NCBI GenBank assembly: GCA_002684915.1 | Contig: NYWG01000003.1 | Span: 41,965 to 98,134 of the forward strand | Source: Verrucomicrobiales bacterium | GTDB lineage: Bacteria > Verrucomicrobiota > Verrucomicrobiia > Limisphaerales > UBA1096 | Direction: 5' to 3' | Length of the DNA stretch: 56,170 nt | Shown here: positions 1 to 10,041 of the stretch, piece by piece | How positions within the stretch are numbered: position 1 is the first letter of the stretch | Layout: every line of letters starts with the position of its first letter | Notes under the pieces: generated by a model | Database searches by the model: none | What the model saw: the letters and a program-made list of their open reading frames with translations, nothing else | What the model was told of the DNA's origin: nothing | Translations under genes and position numbers: made by a program

Positions 1-77
1 CGTTGAAACAATAATGTCACGATGCCTGCAGCGATCATCACTACAGCTAGATCCTGTAAAAAATTTACTTCGTGCAT
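1..77 (-). CDS. Cation:proton antiporter (CPA2/Kef-like), 5' fragment running off the window
   Basis: Reverse strand reads MHEVNFLQDLAVVMIAAGIVTLLFQR, a typical CPA2 N-terminus. GGAG lies upstream, as does TTGGCC-N17-TAATAT. Confidence 0.7.
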   Translation of the reverse strand, partial: MHEVNFLQDLAVVMIAAGIVTLLFQ

Positions 78-191
78 AACATCAACTCCATAATATTACC
101 CAAGCGCAAGCGCTTGGCCAAGCATCGGATAATTTAAAATTTTACTGTAAACTTGAATGACATGATCTGAGCGCTGACTATCTTGTTTAAC

Positions 192-521
192 ATGGACTAC
201 GAGCGAATGGTTTTTTTTAGAAAACGATTAGAATCGTTGAGAATTGAAATTGAGGAGAATATGTCCGCAAACAAAGGTGACTCTGGAGTAGTTGAGTTGG
301 ATTCATCTATTGGAAGACTATCAAGGATGGATGCCTTACAAAATCAACAGATAGCCCTCGAACTAAAACGAAGACAAGAGAATCAATTATTGCGAATTAA
401 AAACGCAATTAAACGTATGGATAAAGGCCAGTATGGCTTATGTGGCAAATGTAAAAAGCCGATTGAGGAAGATCGGTTAGAAATTTTCCCAGATACTATT
501 ACCTGCATAAACTGTGCCTAG
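192..521 (+). CDS. TraR/DksA family C4 zinc-finger protein
   Basis: GRLSRMDA coiled-coil tip, then YGLCGKC...RL..FP....CINC. ATG 192 preferred over TTG 183. Confidence 0.9.
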   Translation: MDYERMVFFRKRLESLRIEIEENMSANKGDSGVVELDSSIGRLSRMDALQNQQIALELKRRQENQLLRIKNAIKRMDKGQYGLCGKCKKPIEEDRLEIFPDTITCINCA

Positions 522-597
522 TTTAAGTTTAGGACTGGCTACACAACCTTATTATACACTTGGCTTGTAGTACCGGAGACTCCAACATTAATCGCAC

Positions 598-1521
598 ATG
601 ATTTCATTGATCCCTAAATTTAAAATACGCTCAATAAGTTTCCTAGCCATACTCATCTTAACAGTGAGTACGTCTTGGGCTGATGACAAAATCAATGTGC
701 TTGTTTGGGATGAACAACAACCAGTCTCAAAAAAAGTATACCCCAATTACCCAGGTAACTTTATCGCAGAATATCTGAAACAAAACCCCAAACTTAACAT
801 CAGATCAGCCAACATAAATCAATCTCAGCAAGGATTGTCAACAAAGGCACTCAACAAAGCTGATGTGCTTATCTATTGGGGTCATGTGAAGCACCGAGAT
901 ATAAGCGAATCCAAATCTCAAGAGATTGCTGATCTCATCAAGAATGGAAAACTCGATTTCATCGTACTGCACTCAGCTCACTGGGCAGTCCCATTCATGG
1001 TCGCGATGCAAGAAGTGGCTGCACAAGATGCTCTAGAACAACTTCCAGAAGAACTACGTGAGGATGCGATAGTGCAATTCAAAGGCCAGATTCAATGGAA
1101 GAAAGCTCCTGACAATGCCCGACCACACCAACTTCATGAGTTTAGCCAAAATGAAAATGGGCAAATCAAAATATATATAGAACGCCCAAATTGTGTATTT
1201 CCTCGTTGCTGCACCCCAGCTCAACCAAGTAAAATTCGAATCATAAACAAGGAACATCCAATTAATCAAAATATTCCATCCACATTCATCATTCCCAAAA
1301 CAGAAATGTACGATGAACCATTCCATGTACCAACTCCAGATGAAGTGATCCTTGATGAAACATGGGAAGGAGGAGAATACTTCCGATCAGGTGCCATATG
1401 GTCTCTTGGGAAAGGTAAAATCTTTTATTTTCGCCCTGGAGATCAGCAATACGCGGTTTACAAGGTGCAACCCGTGCTCAAGATAATTGAAAATGCCACT
1501 GTATGGCTGGGTGAAAATTAA
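598..1521 (+). CDS. Secreted ThuA-domain (class I glutamine amidotransferase-like fold) protein
   Basis: Signal peptide, VLVWDE, WGH..H, LHSAHW, EMYDEPF.VP.PD, G.GKIFYFRPG motifs. Confidence 0.85.
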   Translation: MISLIPKFKIRSISFLAILILTVSTSWADDKINVLVWDEQQPVSKKVYPNYPGNFIAEYLKQNPKLNIRSANINQSQQGLSTKALNKADVLIYWGHVKHRDISESKSQEIADLIKNGKLDFIVLHSAHWAVPFMVAMQEVAAQDALEQLPEELREDAIVQFKGQIQWKKAPDNARPHQLHEFSQNENGQIKIYIERPNCVFPRCCTPAQPSKIRIINKEHPINQNIPSTFIIPKTEMYDEPFHVPTPDEVILDETWEGGEYFRSGAIWSLGKGKIFYFRPGDQQYAVYKVQPVLKIIENATVWLGEN

Positions 1522-1563
1522 TTATATATATAATAAACACCTACTCTCAAAAAGCGTAAGCGA

Positions 1564-2586
1564 TTAGATCAGTTCAAGTCTACCACTAGTCAAACTACGA
1601 TTAACTGCATCAGTGAATTGCATGTAGTGCAATCCATCAGAAAATGTGGTGTGCGTTATTTTCCGCTCACCTCGAATCGCAGCAACAAAATCCTCCTCAA
1701 CCTGCCATTCACCTCGTTCACACTTTTCGATCTGGATTTCTTTCAACTCGTTTGCATCTTTAGTAGCACCGAATAACCGGTCACTGGTTATTTTCAATGT
1801 ACCATGACTACCAAAAAGATAAATAGCATCATCATCCATAAATGAAGTTACACTTGATTGTTGCAAATGCATTTGCGCCCCACATTCAAGATCAGCAACT
1901 AAATCAAGATGCTCAGGTATATTAACTAACTGAAGTGTTCCATTTTCGCTCCGACGATGCTTAGTAAATGTTTTAGCCTGAGCGATCACTTTAGTTGCCC
2001 GGCTTACCGAACGAACAAGCGCCTCATAATATATGCCCATCGCCATAATATTATTCCCACTGTAGTCAATATTTTGCCGCCAGTGCAATGAAGCTTCTGA
2101 GTCTAAAAACTGACCCCTAATACGACTCTCAACAACTAGTAATCTTCCGAGGTAGCCTTCTGAAATTAAACGCTTGATAGCAGCATCAGCAAACAAAGTA
2201 ATTGGGGAAGGAACAACTTGGGTAACTAATCTAGGATTTGCCTGACTTGCGTTAAACATTTGAAGTGCTTCATCGGCATTCATAGCCATGCGCGCTTCAG
2301 TAAGGACATGTTTACCAGACTCTAGCGCTGCCAATGTTACAGGGCAATGAAGATAAGGCCAGGTACCTACGACAATCGCATTTGTTTCAGGATCGGTAAT
2401 GGCATCCTCCCACTTGTCATAGATTTTCGGAACATCAAAGCTCCGGGCAACATTTATGGATGATTCCTTGCTTCGGTTTACAACCCCAACAATTTCAACT
2501 CCATCAATGGCCTTAAAGAGTGGAATATGTTTAGCCGTTGTATTGGATCCTGCGCCAATAATACCAACTCGAATATCACTGGCCAT
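1564..2586 (-). CDS. Gfo/Idh/MocA family oxidoreductase
   Basis: IRVGIIGAG Rossmann motif and GKHVLTEARMA. Start moved to ATG 2586, overlapping the end of the upstream gene. Confidence 0.9.
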   Translation of the reverse strand: MASDIRVGIIGAGSNTTAKHIPLFKAIDGVEIVGVVNRSKESSINVARSFDVPKIYDKWEDAITDPETNAIVVGTWPYLHCPVTLAALESGKHVLTEARMAMNADEALQMFNASQANPRLVTQVVPSPITLFADAAIKRLISEGYLGRLLVVESRIRGQFLDSEASLHWRQNIDYSGNNIMAMGIYYEALVRSVSRATKVIAQAKTFTKHRRSENGTLQLVNIPEHLDLVADLECGAQMHLQQSSVTSFMDDDAIYLFGSHGTLKITSDRLFGATKDANELKEIQIEKCERGEWQVEEDFVAAIRGERKITHTTFSDGLHYMQFTDAVNRSLTSGRLELI

Positions 2587-2935
2587 CGATTTGATAATCG
2601 GTGTATTTATTTCTCCGACCTTTAGCTTTATCAACCGGATAACGCTTCTCATTGATCGCGAGTTTAGCTTGGATGGCTTGGCCAATATCAACACCCGCAT
2701 CTGACGCCATTAGAAAAAGATATATAGCAATATCGGCCATTTCCTCAGCTACCACGTCGCCGTGCTTACCCAAATGCTCAGCACTCTCTTCATCGTTTTT
2801 CCAGAGAAAATGTTCCTGTAATTCCGCAGCCTCAATCGCTACAGCGGCAGCCATGTCTTTAGCTTTATGGTACTGACTCCAATCTCGCTTATTCCTGAAA
2901 TCGAGTATTTGATCCGTTAATTGCTCAATTGTCAT
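2576..2935 (-). CDS. MazG-like nucleotide pyrophosphohydrolase (dCTP pyrophosphatase-like)
   Basis: RDWSQYH..KD, EAAELQEHFLW, EEMADIAIY, K...NE.RYP motifs. Confidence 0.9.
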   Translation of the reverse strand: MTIEQLTDQILDFRNKRDWSQYHKAKDMAAAVAIEAAELQEHFLWKNDEESAEHLGKHGDVVAEEMADIAIYLFLMASDAGVDIGQAIQAKLAINEKRYPVDKAKGRRNKYTDYQIDGQ

Positions 2936-3541
2936 TTACAATTTTTCTCGGTGTCTTCGAAGAATCTCAATAATAGTTTCATCCTTCGCATAATCGAATA
3001 CATCCTTGCCTTGAAAATCCCGTAGTTTGATATCTGCCCCCTTATTGAGCAAAGCAGTCACTAACTCCGGACGCCCCATACGCACCGCCCAGAATAATGG
3101 GGTGACCTTTTTTTTGTCAGAAATATTTGGATCTGCACCATTATCCAGTAAATAATATACTATTTCATGTTCCTTGCTCCTGATAGCCCAAAGCAGTGGA
3201 GTCTTTCCGGTCTTGTCTTGAGTGTTAAGTGTTACCTGATTAGCTAAATGATATTTCACTGCATCAATATCACCACTACCCGCACTACGAAAGATATCGT
3301 ATTTAGGAGATATATCTGAGGATCCCCCCTCTTTTTTTTGTATTTCATTACTCCCCTTATGATCCGACTCATTAGAAATATTTGATTTTTCAGACAAAAT
3401 AGGAACTTCGGTGTTAGCAGGGGTTAAAGGCATACTCTTTGGCTTAGAATCAGGATTACCCAATTGTTCGCTCTTTTGCGAATCACAACCAACCGTAACC
3501 ATAGCAATTAACAAACAGGAATAAAATATGTGTGCTTTCAC
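2936..3541 (-). CDS. Ankyrin-repeat lipoprotein
   Basis: Lipobox-like VTVGC, low-complexity linker, GKTPLLWA and VTPLFWA...LL..GAD ankyrin repeats. The ORF-track TTG 3577 coincides with a TTGACA -35 box, so GTG 3541 is preferred. Confidence 0.8.
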   Translation of the reverse strand: MKAHIFYSCLLIAMVTVGCDSQKSEQLGNPDSKPKSMPLTPANTEVPILSEKSNISNESDHKGSNEIQKKEGGSSDISPKYDIFRSAGSGDIDAVKYHLANQVTLNTQDKTGKTPLLWAIRSKEHEIVYYLLDNGADPNISDKKKVTPLFWAVRMGRPELVTALLNKGADIKLRDFQGKDVFDYAKDETIIEILRRHREKL

Positions 3542-3718
3542 TGCCTCTTTTATTGGTATAGCTACACGGCATGTCAAGAGCTGGATTACAGCAAAATTGA
3601 TGTATTCATGTAAATACTCTGTAAAGATCGTTTATTTTACACCCTTGCAAAAGGAGCTAATCTAGATAGTATGCGCCGCCTTTTGGCCGAATGGCCAAGT
3701 TTGGTACTATAATACGTT

Positions 3719-4753
3719 ATGCCTATTGCTACACCAAAACAGTATGCCGCTATGCTTGATGCTGCCCAAAAGGGTGACTATGCATATCCAGCTGTAAATG
3801 TCACATCGATCACTACCATCAATGCAGCGCTTAAGGCTTTTGCTGATTCTAAATCTGATGGAATTATTCAGTTTTCTACTGGAGGAGGTCAATTCGCTGC
3901 GGGGCTAAATATAAAAGACGCCGTACATGGTTGTATTGTTTTAGCTGAAGCAGCTCACCGTTTGGCTGAAAAATACGACATTCTAGTCGGCCTCCATACC
4001 GATCACTGTCAACCGGAGAAAGCAGAAGGATTTCTTAAACCACTGATAGAAGAAACTGCACGTCGTCGTGCCAATGGCCAAACTAATTTGTTTCAAAGCC
4101 ATATGCTTGATGCTTCTATACTTCCCCTAGAGGAAAACATCGCGATTTCAAAAGAATACCTTGAGCTATGCGCAAAGAACGAAATTATCCTTGAGGTAGA
4201 AGCTGGCGTAGTTGGCGGCGAAGAAGATGGTGCAGCTGGCCATGAAGATATGCCATCTGAAAAACTATACACAACTCCTGAAGACATGCTTAGCGTTTAT
4301 GAAAGCCTTAACGGTATCGGCCGCTACATGTTTGCGGCTACCTTCGGAAACGTACACGGTTCATATAAACCAGGTTCTGTTCAGCTTCGACCAGACATAT
4401 TAAAAGAAGGTCAGAATGCAGTAATCAGTAAATACGGAGAAGATGCTAAGTTTGATCTCGTCTTTCATGGTGGATCAGGCTCAGAAAAGCATGAGATTAC
4501 GGAAACGCTTAAGTATGGTGTAATTAAAATGAACATCGACACCGACACACAGTATGCCTTTAGCCGACCAATAGTGGATCACGTCCTAAAAAATTACGAT
4601 GGCTTACTTAAAATCGATGGCGAAGTCGGAAACAAGAAAGTTTATGATCCTCGTTCTTATCTTAAGCAAGCCGAAGAATCAATGGCTTCCCGAATGAGTG
4701 AAGCTTGTAACGATTTGGAAAGCACCGGCAAAACCGTCTACGGCAAAGTATAA
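3719..4753 (+). CDS. fbaA: Class II fructose-bisphosphate aldolase
   Basis: LHTDHC, SHMLDAS, GGEEDG, FGNVHG.YKPG, VFHGGSGS, KMNIDTDTQ motifs. Confidence 0.97.
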   Translation: MPIATPKQYAAMLDAAQKGDYAYPAVNVTSITTINAALKAFADSKSDGIIQFSTGGGQFAAGLNIKDAVHGCIVLAEAAHRLAEKYDILVGLHTDHCQPEKAEGFLKPLIEETARRRANGQTNLFQSHMLDASILPLEENIAISKEYLELCAKNEIILEVEAGVVGGEEDGAAGHEDMPSEKLYTTPEDMLSVYESLNGIGRYMFAATFGNVHGSYKPGSVQLRPDILKEGQNAVISKYGEDAKFDLVFHGGSGSEKHEITETLKYGVIKMNIDTDTQYAFSRPIVDHVLKNYDGLLKIDGEVGNKKVYDPRSYLKQAEESMASRMSEACNDLESTGKTVYGKV

Positions 4754-4796
4754 CAGGCAGGCAAAAATTTGGTTTTTATTGAATCCTTAGGTAAGT

Positions 4797-7700
4797 CTAT
4801 TTACCCATTGTAATAACATCGTCTGCGTCGTTATCACCATCATTACCTTCTGAAGATTCTTTAGTAACTTCTTCTTTACTCTTAGCTGCCTTAGAGGATG
4901 AGACACGCGCCTTAACAGGCTTAGTCTCACGACCTCCTGTGGCATCCTCCTCTCGCTCGGTTTTCTGAAATCTTGCTGACACAATCTTACTGACACCGTG
5001 CTCCTGCATAGTCACACCATAAAGAGTATCCGCCATACTGATTGTGCGCTTATTATGAGTTATCACTAAAAATTGGGAATGATTTATAAAACGCTTAAGA
5101 ACACGAATGAAACGATTTATATTGGACTCATCTAATGGAGCATCTAGCTCGTCTAACACACAGAACGGACTAGGGCTCACCTGATATATAGAAAACATTA
5201 AAGATACAGCGGTCATAGTTTGCTCTCCACCAGAGAGAAGTGAAATATTTTGCAACTTCTTACCAGGAGGCCGAGCTACAATCTCAATACCACTGTTTAA
5301 CATGTCTTCTTCATCAACCAAAACCAAGTCTGCTTTACCCCCTTCAAAAACCTCCTTGAATAGCTGACGGAAATTTTCACGAATTTGCTCAAAGGTCACT
5401 TTAAACATTTGGGTGGTTTCATTATTAATCTGCTCAATCACGTCAAGCAGCTGTTCTTTGGCTTTAATTAAATCATCGTGCTGTGTCGTAAGAAATTTAT
5501 AACACTCTTCTGTTTCTTCATATTCCTCAATAGCCACAAGATTAACCGGACCCATTCGTTCAACTCGATCTTGCAATTCACTTACTTTCTTCTCTACACA
5601 TGACCAATCAGTTTCCAATCCTTCAGCCTGCATTTCATCAGCCGTTGAAAAAACGACTTCAACTTCTCCAGAATCTTTTTCTGAAGTTTTAAGATATTCA
5701 GTTTTTACTTCACGCAAATCTATCTGGTATTTTTCCTGCATACGCTCACAGAGATTTTCAACCATCATATTATTTTGCGCCAACTCAACCTCTAATTGCG
5801 AACGTCGTTCCTGAGAAGTACTAAGCTCTGTTCGCACAGAACGTAAAGATTCTTCTCTCTTCTCTACTTTTTGATCGGCCTCAATTTTTTGTTCAAGCAT
5901 TTTAGCAACAGCTTGACTCGATTGCTCACGCTCAACTCGAACCAAATCAATACGTTGAATGGAATTAGAGATTTCGGACTCAGTTTGAGCCTTTTTTTCC
6001 CCTGCTCCGTCAATATCTCTACGCCGCTGATTCACGCGTTGTCTTAATTCATCAAGTCGAAGCTTAAGTGGATCCAATTGGCGCTTGAACGACGCAAGAA
6101 GCTGCTCCTCAGACGCAAGGCCAACCTTAGCATCTGTCAGTTCCGCATTAGCAATATCTCGTTTACCTCTAAGGCCCTCCACCACATTAATAACCTCATC
6201 AACACTCTTCCCAGAGACTCTTTCCCTTTCCTCCAACGAAACCATTTCTGCTGCCAATTGGTCACGTTTACCACTACCTTCAGATTCCTGATCTCCAAGA
6301 CCATTTAATTCAAAAGTGACACTTTCAATTTTTTGCTCAAGCACCCGTTGTGAATTCTGAAGGGCCTTAAGTTCTCCTTCACTTGTAGCAATTGAAACCT
6401 CCTGTTGGCGCAGTTCGTTTTGAACCTGTTGCAATCCTGCCTTGAGAGAAATTTGCTCAGCCTGCAAATCGCCCTTCTCCTTACTTCGCTCACTAACGAT
6501 TCCACCTAATCCATCGAGCTCTTTTTTAAGGTCCGTAATTTCATTTTTTCGAGCCAGCAAAGATGCAGATGCACTACCATTACCTCTTCCTCCACTTAAA
6601 ACTCCATGGCGAGAGAGCAATTCACCCTCTTTTGTAACAAAATCCAAATCACGATTTTTTTCCCAACCAAGAATAGCTGAATTTAAATCCGGTACTATAA
6701 CCAATCGACCCAATAAAAGGTTAAGCAATGGTTTTAGTGAATCATCAGAACTAACACAACTAAACGCACAAACTCCGCCTAATTCCTCAATCTTAATTTG
6801 ATCGATTTTGAATAATTCTTTTTTAGATAAAAAATCAAGAGCAACAATATCAGCACGACCTTTTTTACCTTCAGTCAACAAATGCAAAATGGTTTTAGCA
6901 TCGGTAATCTTACTGGTTATGATCATCTGTAAATGTCTTCCCAGTGCAGTCTCAATAGCGAACACAAGTTCCTCGGGAACATCAATTTGATCCGCTAAAA
7001 GCCCAAGAGCTGACTTTGATTCCTTGAGCGCCGCCTGCACACCTGCACTGACTCCTTCATTTGATGCCTGTAACTGCTCTAGAACATTAAGACGCGAACG
7101 CTTCTCGGCTTGAGTTCGAAGCAAGTTATCTAAATCAGCTGTAATCTTAACCAAGTTCTCCTCCAGCTCAATCAAGCGATGCTGACGCTCCTCAACTGTT
7201 CCTAACCTGTTCTGAGCATTAGATTTTCGAGACTCAACATCACTTGAAAATTCGCCAAGGCGTTCATGAAGTCTTAGCTGTTCTTCCTCAAGTTGAAGTT
7301 TTTCTGCTGAAAGTTTTTCCAACCGCACCATGTTTCCGCGCTTTTGCAGATCAAGATTATTAAGTTCATTGCGCACTCGAGTTAATTCCTGTGCTACACT
7401 AAATGATTCGGTCTGAGCCTGATTTAAAGCCTCCTGACGCTGGTTCAATTCTTGCTCAATCGCCTTACAATCCGTCTGTTTTTCCTCAACGATTCTCCGC
7501 TTGTCCGCAACTGCAATGTCCGCTGTTCCTAACTTATCAGTTATCTCAACCAATTCTTGCTCCGAATTACTGCTACGCTGCTCGGCCTCAGCGATTTCCT
7601 CATGAGCTTTAGATACCTGCTCGTCGAGCTCAATGATGCGCTCACGGCTAAACTGAATTCGACTCTCAAGACGCTCCAGTTCAGCTTGTAAATTTGCTCC

Positions 7701-8585
7701 TTTTTCCTGTGCATCAGAAACCTGCTTTTCGATCGCAGCCCTTTGTTGTCGGGCTTCATTAATCTGGCGTTCACCATCGGCAATCGTCTCGGAGAAATCG
7801 TCTGATTTTCCCTTGAAATCAGAAATAGACTTTTGGCTTTGCTGAACTGAATCCTGCAAATTAACAAGTTGATAACAAGCCAATTGACTCTCAAGACTTT
7901 GAAGTTCGCTCGCTACCTCTTTATATCGTTGTGCTTTTGATGCTTGCCGTTGAAGTGAACCAATTTGTCGCTTCACTTCACGAATAGTATCAGAAACGCG
8001 AAGTAAGTTTTGTTCAGTATAATCAAGTTTACGAAGCGCCTCTTTTTTCTGCCCTTTAAATCTAGTGATTCCGGCAGCCTCCTCAAAAACGGTCCGCCTA
8101 TCGTCTGCTTTACTAGAAATGAGCTGAGTAATGTTTCCTTGGGCCATAATCCCATAGCTTGCTCGACCCATTCCTGTACCCATAAATAATTGCTGAATAT
8201 CTCTCAAACGGCATGATACCTTGTTGATGAAATATTCGCTGCCACCATCTCTAAAAATTCTACGAGTAACAGTAACCTCGTTAAAAGGAAGATCCACACC
8301 GGCAGTCTTAAGTTGATCTACATCAATACCTCCGATTGTCAAAGAGACTTCAGCCATACTGAGAGCCTTACGCTTGTCAGTGCCATTAAAAATGACATCA
8401 GCCATTCCAGAACCTCGTAAAGCCTTTGCCGATTGCTCACCTAAAACCCAGCGAAGCGCATCAGAAACATTCGATTTACCACAACCATTTGGCCCGACGA
8501 TCGCAGTAACACCAGGTTGAAAATCGAGTGATGTTTTATCTGCAAACGATTTAAAGCCTAAAGCAGTAAGATTCTTTAGATACAC
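4797..8585 (-). CDS. smc: Chromosome segregation protein SMC
   Basis: GFKSF, Walker A GPNGCGKSN, long coiled coils, hinge, LSGGE signature, LDELDAPLD, ITH. GTG 8585 is the likely start. Confidence 0.97.
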   Translation of the reverse strand: MYLKNLTALGFKSFADKTSLDFQPGVTAIVGPNGCGKSNVSDALRWVLGEQSAKALRGSGMADVIFNGTDKRKALSMAEVSLTIGGIDVDQLKTAGVDLPFNEVTVTRRIFRDGGSEYFINKVSCRLRDIQQLFMGTGMGRASYGIMAQGNITQLISSKADDRRTVFEEAAGITRFKGQKKEALRKLDYTEQNLLRVSDTIREVKRQIGSLQRQASKAQRYKEVASELQSLESQLACYQLVNLQDSVQQSQKSISDFKGKSDDFSETIADGERQINEARQQRAAIEKQVSDAQEKGANLQAELERLESRIQFSRERIIELDEQVSKAHEEIAEAEQRSSNSEQELVEITDKLGTADIAVADKRRIVEEKQTDCKAIEQELNQRQEALNQAQTESFSVAQELTRVRNELNNLDLQKRGNMVRLEKLSAEKLQLEEEQLRLHERLGEFSSDVESRKSNAQNRLGTVEERQHRLIELEENLVKITADLDNLLRTQAEKRSRLNVLEQLQASNEGVSAGVQAALKESKSALGLLADQIDVPEELVFAIETALGRHLQMIITSKITDAKTILHLLTEGKKGRADIVALDFLSKKELFKIDQIKIEELGGVCAFSCVSSDDSLKPLLNLLLGRLVIVPDLNSAILGWEKNRDLDFVTKEGELLSRHGVLSGGRGNGSASASLLARKNEITDLKKELDGLGGIVSERSKEKGDLQAEQISLKAGLQQVQNELRQQEVSIATSEGELKALQNSQRVLEQKIESVTFELNGLGDQESEGSGKRDQLAAEMVSLEERERVSGKSVDEVINVVEGLRGKRDIANAELTDAKVGLASEEQLLASFKRQLDPLKLRLDELRQRVNQRRRDIDGAGEKKAQTESEISNSIQRIDLVRVEREQSSQAVAKMLEQKIEADQKVEKREESLRSVRTELSTSQERRSQLEVELAQNNMMVENLCERMQEKYQIDLREVKTEYLKTSEKDSGEVEVVFSTADEMQAEGLETDWSCVEKKVSELQDRVERMGPVNLVAIEEYEETEECYKFLTTQHDDLIKAKEQLLDVIEQINNETTQMFKVTFEQIRENFRQLFKEVFEGGKADLVLVDEEDMLNSGIEIVARPPGKKLQNISLLSGGEQTMTAVSLMFSIYQVSPSPFCVLDELDAPLDESNINRFIRVLKRFINHSQFLVITHNKRTISMADTLYGVTMQEHGVSKIVSARFQKTEREEDATGGRETKPVKARVSSSKAAKSKEEVTKESSEGNDGDNDADDVITMGK

Positions 8586-8631
8586 GAAGGACAAATCAGA
8601 CCGGATAAACCCTCACAAGTAAAGCTAGAAA

Positions 8632-8678
8632 ACACAATATACAGTGCCTTATAAAACTCGAACCACAATAGGTTGTGG
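8632..8678. promoter_or_regulatory. Tandem NrdR-like boxes upstream of smc
   Basis: ACACAATATACAGTGC (8632-8647) and CCACAATAGGTTGTGG (8663-8678) resemble acaCwAtATaTwGtgt and are 31 bp apart start to start. Confidence 0.7.
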
Positions 8679-8692
8679 TTATAAAGAGACAA

Positions 8693-8712
8693 TTTGTCAC
8701 ATCTTATTCACA
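8693..8712 (+). promoter_or_regulatory. DnaA-box-like motifs
   Basis: TTATTCACA (8704-8712) fits TTWTNCACA. TTTGTCACA (8693-8701) has one mismatch. Confidence 0.4.
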
Positions 8713-8817
8713 TTTTACTATCTCACAGATACTGAACGAGTTGACCCTTTCACGAGCGACAAGCAATATCCGCCCTTCACTAACCATTAGTTGGTTATAA
8801 GTACTACCTAAATTCGT

Positions 8818-10041
8818 ATGAGTGTTGACTCAATATATTCTGATCTTACTTTAAAAAATGGAGCCAAAATGGCTTTACTCGTAATGGATGGTCTCGGCGA
8901 TATCGCCACAAAAGATACCGATTACAAAACTCCACTTGAAGCAGCCAACACACCAAACTTGGATGCCTTGAGCAAAGATTCCGCAATGGGTCGATTGATA
9001 CCGGCAGCACACGGGATTACACCAGGAAGTGGTCCAGGACATCTTGGCCTCTTTGGATACGACCCGCTTGAAGTAGAAGTTGGAAGAGGCGTGATAGAGG
9101 CGCTTGGATTAGGAATAAAACTCGAACCGGGTGATATTGCAGCTCGCGCCAACTTTTGCTCGCTTGATACTAATGCCTTAGTAACAGATCGAAGAGCAGG
9201 AAGAATAGAAACCGAACTCTGTGAGGAGCGTTGCGCAATACTTTCAGAAAAAATAAAAAGAATTATGGACGCTGAGGTCATTATTAGACCTGGAAAGGGC
9301 CACCGTTTTGTAGTGATTTTTCGCGGAGCTGATTTAGCCGGTCCATTAAGTGATACAGATCCACACCGCGAAGGATTTCCTATTGCTGAGACTCAACCTG
9401 AAAACTCCAATTGCGATAAGTCAAAAAAAGCAGCACAGATTATCGGAGAATTTTACAAAGCTGCACTGCCATTACTTCAAGGAATGGAACCAGCAAACGG
9501 TTTTCTAATGAGGGGAATAGCACATCAACCTGATATACCTACATTTGATGTTAGATACTCAATGCGAGCGGCATGCTTAGCGATTTATCCAATGTACAAA
9601 GGATTAGCCCAGCTTGTAGGTATGACTAAAATCGAGGGCTTACAGGATATCAGTGAACAATTTCAGAAATGTATCGAGCTTTACAATGACTATGAATACT
9701 TTTTTGTTCATCACAAGTATACTGATATGTACGGTGAAGATGGAAATTTTGAAGCTAAAACCAAAGCAATTGAGGATTTTGATGCGGCATTACCAATTCT
9801 GCTTGAAAAAAAACCTGACGTTATTGCCATAACTGGCGACCATTCAACACCCTGCGCACTAAAAGGGCATTCTTGGCATCCGCAACCCGTACTGCTTTAC
9901 TCAGCCAATAGTGGGTCTGACAAGCTGGATCGATTCACTGAAACGAACTGTAATAGTGGATCACTAGGGATCATTGAAGCCAAACATCTTATACGCCTAA
10001 TGCAGGCAAATGCCTTAATGTTCGACAAATTCGGCGCATGA
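8818..10041 (+). CDS. apgM: 2,3-bisphosphoglycerate-independent phosphoglycerate mutase (ApgM type)
   Basis: DGLGD, TPLEAA.TPNLD, PGSGPGH, DRRAGRI, TGDHSTP, HSWHP motifs. Confidence 0.92.
   Translation: MSVDSIYSDLTLKNGAKMALLVMDGLGDIATKDTDYKTPLEAANTPNLDALSKDSAMGRLIPAAHGITPGSGPGHLGLFGYDPLEVEVGRGVIEALGLGIKLEPGDIAARANFCSLDTNALVTDRRAGRIETELCEERCAILSEKIKRIMDAEVIIRPGKGHRFVVIFRGADLAGPLSDTDPHREGFPIAETQPENSNCDKSKKAAQIIGEFYKAALPLLQGMEPANGFLMRGIAHQPDIPTFDVRYSMRAACLAIYPMYKGLAQLVGMTKIEGLQDISEQFQKCIELYNDYEYFFVHHKYTDMYGEDGNFEAKTKAIEDFDAALPILLEKKPDVIAITGDHSTPCALKGHSWHPQPVLLYSANSGSDKLDRFTETNCNSGSLGIIEAKHLIRLMQANALMFDKFGA

Noticed and set aside
101-123. Overlapping palindromes CAAGCGC-AA-GCGCTTG and GCTTGGCCAAGC
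   Set aside because: They are short and coincide with the -35 box and spacer of the antiporter promoter. They could be an operator, but nothing else supports that.
2587-2700. N-terminal extensions in the ORF track (also 14363-14449, 15351-15434, 16502-16555, 53410-53469)
   Set aside because: They overlap neighbouring genes or promoter boxes, and the family N-termini or signal peptides begin at the downstream starts.
3683-3698. Small hairpins in the leaders of fbaA (TTGGCC-GAAT-GGCCAA) and apgM (TAACCA-TTAGT-TGGTTA near 8781-8797)
   Set aside because: Stems are only 6 bp. They are plausible 5' stabilisers but too weak to call as regulatory RNAs.
4797-4960. Charged low-complexity C-terminal tail on SMC
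   Set aside because: Probably an ordinary disordered extension, with no motif or repeat suggesting a function.
8586-8817. smc-apgM spacer as oriC
   Set aside because: Only one consensus DnaA box, no clear AT-rich unwinding element, and no dnaA/dnaN nearby. GC skew could not be computed.
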